A DNA stretch of 54,684 nucleotides, counting the filler, from Jimgerdemannia flammicorona (taxonomy: Eukaryota), in the NCBI GenBank assembly GCA_003990765.1. It is 2 parts of 2 records of this genome, joined end to end, with 100 filler letters (N's around TTAATTAATTAA, not from the genome) between each part and the next. Parts side by side here need not be neighbours in the genome. Positions count along the whole stretch, not along the records: positions 27,400 to 54,684 come from RBNJ01000643.1; 1 more part is not named here. One strand, written 5' to 3'. Both the position numbers and the translations under genes were made by a program. Positions 50,301-54,684 of the stretch are shown here, piece after piece. Position 1 is the first letter of the stretch, and every line of letters starts with the position of its first letter. Below the pieces are notes generated by a model that saw only the letters and a list, made by a program, of their open reading frames with translations, ran no database searches and was not told the DNA's origin.

Positions 50301-51466
50301 TCTCAAAGAAAGAAAGTAAGCCTAGAGAGTTTGCTCCAAGACTCTGCATTGATTACAGGAAGCTCAATACAATTACCAAGAAGGATAGACAGCTCTTACC
50401 AAATATCTAAAAAATTCTTATTACCATTGAAAGTGAAGCCAAATACTATACCACCTTGGATCTGTTCTCAGGCTTTCATCAGATTGGTCTCACTTAAGAT
50501 ACTAGTGAGAAATCAGCCTTCATCATACCTGATGCCATCTATATCTATCTGTGAATACTATTTGGAATGTGCAATGCCCTAGTAAGTTTTCAGCAAATGA
50601 TAAATAGAGTCTTCAGCAATGAGATTGGAAAATAGCTCTTTGTCTATATTGATAATGTGATTATCTTTAGCAATACTACATGAGAATATGTCAACCACAT
50701 ATAGCTGGCTCTCAAGAAGCTCAAGAAGTATAGCCTCTATATCAAGCTCAAGAAGTGCAAGTTTGCAGCTCAGAAAATCACCTATCTAGGACACCTCATC
50801 AACTAGACTGGAATTCACATAGACTTTATAAAGATTGAGACTATTGCAGCCTACCCAAGATCCAGAACAACTACAGAAGTCTATGCCTTCCTTGGACTGG
50901 CTTCCTACTATAGAAGATTTATCAAAAAATACTCTAACATTATAGCACCTATCTATAAGCTACTGAAGAAGGAGACCAAATTTAAATAGACTAAGAAATA
51001 TCAAGAAATCTTCAATGAACTCAAGATCAGATTGACCCAAGCACCCATTCTCAGAAGACCAGATTGGAACCTAGAGTTCATCCTATAGGCAGATGTAAGT
51101 ACTATAGGACTTGGAGCAGTCCTAGCTCAGAAGAAAGATGAACATAAATATGTCATCTCCTATACAGGCTGAGGTATCTGCAGAGCAGAACAGAACTATA
51201 AATCATATAAGCTTGAATGCTTAGCAGTAGTTTGGGCAGGAGACAAGTTCTACTACTACCTAGCTAGGAAATACTTCACTATTCAAACAGACCATTCTGC
51301 TCTCACCTGGCTATTCTACACTCTGAACTCCAAAGAAATATATACCAGATAGATCTATAGGCTATAAGAGTATAACTGTACTGTCAAGCATCACTTAGAA
51401 AGAACCAATGCCAATACTGATGCACTCTCAAGAATACCCCAAAACACTCCCATCAAGACTATTTAA
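47340..51466 (+). pseudogene. pol: gag-pol polyprotein remnant (gag, protease, dUTPase, RT, RNase H)
   Basis: Protease IIDTSA (~48760). RT SPWASP, LCIDYRKLN, LDLFSGFHQI and VYIDN (~50645). RNaseH ADVSTIGLGAVL, LECLAVVWA, TDHSAL and DALSR, then TAA 51464-51466. Many CAR>TAR and TGG>TAG stops. Start approximate. Confidence 0.9.
49550..49960 (+). pseudogene. dut: dUTPase domain between protease and RT
   Basis: Motif 1 EGAIGIDL, motif 2 KTRSSL, motif 3 GGVIDPDYT, motif 5 RGEQGFEST. One 1-nt frameshift near 49590. Confidence 0.88.
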
Positions 51467-51467
51467 C

Positions 51468-52665
51468 ATGAATAAGGAGCTATACTATAGATTAATCAGC
51501 TACTTCAGGCAGTAGAAGATGCCCAACTATCTCGAATTCTGGACTATCACTATCATCAACTGGACTTAGAAACAATTTGAACTAGACAACACTATACTCA
51601 GAAAAGGAGAAAAGCTTGTAATACTTAAATACAAGAAGTATCAAGTAATAAAGGAAGCATATAAATAAGAATACCTAGGAGAAACTAATATATATGATAA
51701 AGCAAGAAGAACTATGTGGCGACCTAAGATGAAAGAAGACCTGCAAAAGGTATAATAAGTACCAAAAACAAAAATAAGATCAGCAAGACCAGACATTAAG
51801 ATCATCAAGAATTGAGCCTATCTCCTTCTACCACATTACAATAGATATTATTGGACCACTGCTAGTAATACTATCAGGAAACTGCTATATTATATATAGT
51901 TATAATAGACCTCTTTATCAAATAAATAGAAGCAGGAGTATTACAAGAAGCCAATGCTCTCTTTATAGCTAACTTCCTATACTGAGAAATTATCTATTGC
52001 TACAAGACACTAAGGCAAATCACCACAGACTACAGCATAGAATTTATCAATAGATTCTATAAGATAATGTATCAGAAATACAAGATTCAGTATATCAAGA
52101 CCACTGCATATCATCCTCAAGGAAATGGACAGATAGAAAGAACCAATAAGACCCTCAAAAACATCTTAGTGAAGATCTCAGATATGTATGATAATTGGGA
52201 TAACTACCTCCCAACTGCTCTCTCTATCCTACAAGATATACAGTTACAGAGTACACACTTTACTCTAAGAGAACTACTCTTTGGAGAAGAAGATTCCAAT
52301 GAAACCTCAGCTACAAATCTAGACCTAATATGGAGATGGATTGACTCAGAAATCTGGAGACTACACCAAATCAAGAAGAAGGCTGAAGATTATATCATCA
52401 AGTCACAAGTGCTGATAAAGAAGAATATAGAAAAGAATCACAAGACCCTAGAACCCATCCAAATTGGAGAAAATATTCTACTGTATTGAAATATAATAGA
52501 AGCCTCATGGTTATGAAAATTGGAGTCCAAATGGAAAAGACCCTTCTATGTGCAAGATATCAAGAGAACTACCTTCTGGCTTAGAAAACTCTCAGAGACT
52601 ATACTACCTATATAGTATATAGAAATAGACTCAAGAAGTACCATGAACCTATATAAGAGAAGTAA
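51468..52665 (+). pseudogene. Integrase, apparently a separate ORF with its own ATG
   Basis: Begins MNKELYYRLISYF one base after the RNaseH stop. Contains IDIIGPL, TTAYHPQGNGQIERTNKTL and the GPY/F-like KWKRPFYV. Confidence 0.8.
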
Positions 52666-52666
52666 A

Positions 52667-53026
52667 ATGTAATGATTGCCTGTGAGGTTCTAGTTTATAA
52701 ATTATAACAGTATGTTCTATAATCAGCAGACAATCTGTCTGGATCATTCTCTAAAGAATATGGTACTAGCAACTACTCATTCATATGACTTTCAAAGTCA
52801 GAGGAGTTCAAACTGTCAACTGATTGGTCAAGATCAGAATCAGGCCCTTGTTCTATATAAAGAGAACAACCCTTCACCATTAGGCCAAAATATATAGGGA
52901 AGATACCAGCTCATAAATACCACTTTTCAACCCCCTGCCAGAGATTATGAGATTAGCAAATTTTTCAGACTGGACCAATGAATAAGAATATTCAAGAGAA
53001 GATTCTTATTCAGGAGGAAGATATAA
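52667..53026 (+). pseudogene. Candidate extra ORF3 between integrase and 3' LTR
   Basis: ATG at 52667 lies one base after the IN-frame TAA (52663-52665) and is in frame with ORF 52712-52897. The interrupting stops could all be single C>T or G>A changes. Confidence 0.4.
53012..53021 (+). promoter_or_regulatory. Polypurine tract
   Basis: AGGAGGAAGA immediately precedes the 3' LTR. Confidence 0.75.
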
Positions 53027-54638
53027 TAGTGATCTCAGAATAATGACATCAGCACAGGAGACAGCCTTTCCTTACAAGCCATCAGATTGGAGTATAGGAA
53101 GATTATATAGTATGACTCAAGATGAGCAAGAATGACTAACTGTGAGTCATCATGACTACAAGATAGATATCTCAAGGAATACAAAAGAAGAATAAAAAAA
53201 CTGCAGTAGCAGCAATCTAAACAAAGATAACAGAAATAATTCTAAAGACTTATTATAAACAAATGCCTGCTGCTTATCAAATCTCAAGGTCCAGGAACCA
53301 CCAAGGCCCTCAGTTCAGGAAAGGATATTCCAAGACATCAGAAAAGCTATGAGGATCTATACAAGAAGGACTCCTAGCCTTAACCTGGATACTAGTGACC
53401 CTTATTATTATATCCTCTACTGTTATAAAATGGAAACAAGGATCACTATTACTATTGAATACCTCTGGATATGGCAGGAGTATGAAATATGAAACCTCCT
53501 CTGTCAGGAATTCTCTCAGACCAGTTACTAAGAAATACAAGATACTATCCCCATAGATGTATATGAAATAAAGATAGCTAAGAAGATTTATCAGATCTTC
53601 AGACATACACTATAGTCAATCTCTAACTTAGAGTACACTAGGATCTCAGACTTTAAGAAACTTTAGTCTACTGTACCAATGTACTGGAGGCCATAGTGGC
53701 TACAGAAGCCCAGTCTACTATCACCCTCAATAGTGATGAGATAGGAGAGTTCTAGAACTCTATCCTTGAGGACAATCCTGATCAATTCCTATAAGAATTG
53801 ATCTCAGCATTCCAAGGCCCCAGTATCTAAATTAGACCTCCCTAAGATCCTATATTTGTCTCTTATTTTGTAGAAAAGAATGTCATAGATTAGAGAGCCT
53901 CAGACCTTCTCACTTTTTCTGCCACTGAATGAGATGATATTATCTATGATATGTCATCAACAACAATGTCATCCTATACAATATGTATGAAGTATACAAA
54001 ACATACGATATATATAAAATGGATAAAATATTCACAGACCTCATCTCCTTTGAAGACATCCTATCTCTGACCTCTGGTCTTGATGATAGTGATGAAGACA
54101 AAGCCCCCATAGTTCTGAACTTTCTGCTTTAAGTTCTTGGTAACACTGAATTCTACCAGTATCTTTTTTCTATATAACTATTATTCTTCTAGCATTCTGA
54201 TCTTGCATAACTCAGAAATTCTTCTAGTATTCTTTTTCTATACTACTGAAATTCTACTGACATTATGAACTTGTGTAACTATTTGTACAGATACTTGAAC
54301 TTATACTTACAACTGTAGTTTTCTGTATCTCAGTATTTTATTTAGTTTTTGGAATTTATATTTAGCTTTATAACTTAGTAACCATTGAATTATATTTTGT
54401 ATAAATATCTCTCTTATTTTCTTTGAAATAAAGTCAGTTCTAGTTCACTTACTCTCAATTTCATGCAAGCAATCTAAGAGATAACAAGACAGTTTAAAGA
54501 TAAGAAGTTTGAGAACTATAAGACCTTAAGAAGATACTCCAATAAGAACTTGCTTATAACAAACTTGAGGTTAGTCTAAGAGATATACCTTAGAGAGAAT
54601 CTGACATATTTGAAGAACTCAGCAACCACTATATGATA
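53022..54638 (+). repeat. 3' LTR (1617 bp; termini mutated to TA...TA) with U3 ORF remnant 53263-54132
   Basis: Collinear with the 5' LTR. Differences are mostly transitions. Confidence 0.9.
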
Positions 54639-54644
54639 CTATCT

Positions 54645-54684
54645 ATTTTTTTTTTTTTTTATAGTTACTCAGACTCACTTTATT
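54645..54684 (-). mobile_element. 3' tail of another minus-strand LINE running off the window
   Basis: Minus strand AATAAAgtgagtctgagtaactata(A)n, similar to the other LINE tails. Confidence 0.55.

Larger units (their letters stand above)
45595..54638 (+). mobile_element. Full-length (decayed) Ty3/gypsy LTR retrotransposon: LTR-gag-PR-dUTPase-RT-RH / IN / ORF3-PPT-LTR; 4-bp TSD CTAT
   Basis: Direct repeats 45595-47214 and 53022-54638. CTAT at 45591-45594 and 54639-54642. PBS and PPT present. Domain order RT-RH-IN. Confidence 0.93.

Overview
Eukaryotic, intron-containing DNA with short GT-AG introns and CTAAC-type branch sites. It is most consistent with a fungus, plausibly an early-diverging Mucoromycota-type genome (inference only). 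The window has two compartments. (1) ~1-23.9 kb is CpG-rich host DNA. It holds a BTB/BACK pseudogene, a 3-exon ankyrin-repeat protein with a C-terminal membrane anchor, small foldback/minisatellite repeats, and a tandem pair of paralogous multi-zinc-finger (C-x2-C-x12-H-x5-H) genes built from duplicated phase-2/phase-2 cassette exons. Copy A ends in an Ig-like region resembling the N-terminal half of MOV10/SDE3-type helicases, without a helicase domain. (2) ~23.95-54.7 kb is a CpG-depleted, C>T/G>A-hypermutated nest of retroelements: two poly(A)-tailed non-autonomous repeats, two L1/Tx1-like LINEs plus LINE tails around an (ATAG)n tract, a heavily decayed chromodomain Ty3/gypsy, and two copies of an unusual Ty3/gypsy family. 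The full-length copy (45595-54638; CTAT TSD, PBS, PPT) has ~1.6-kb LTRs whose U3 carries a >=270-codon ORF and a dUTPase between protease and RT. Its integrase and a further ORF each start one base after the upstream stop (TAA-N-ATG), suggesting a polycistronic, retrovirus-like accessory-gene layout. An N-gap with an artificial linker lies at 27300-27399. All calls were made by eye, without database searches.
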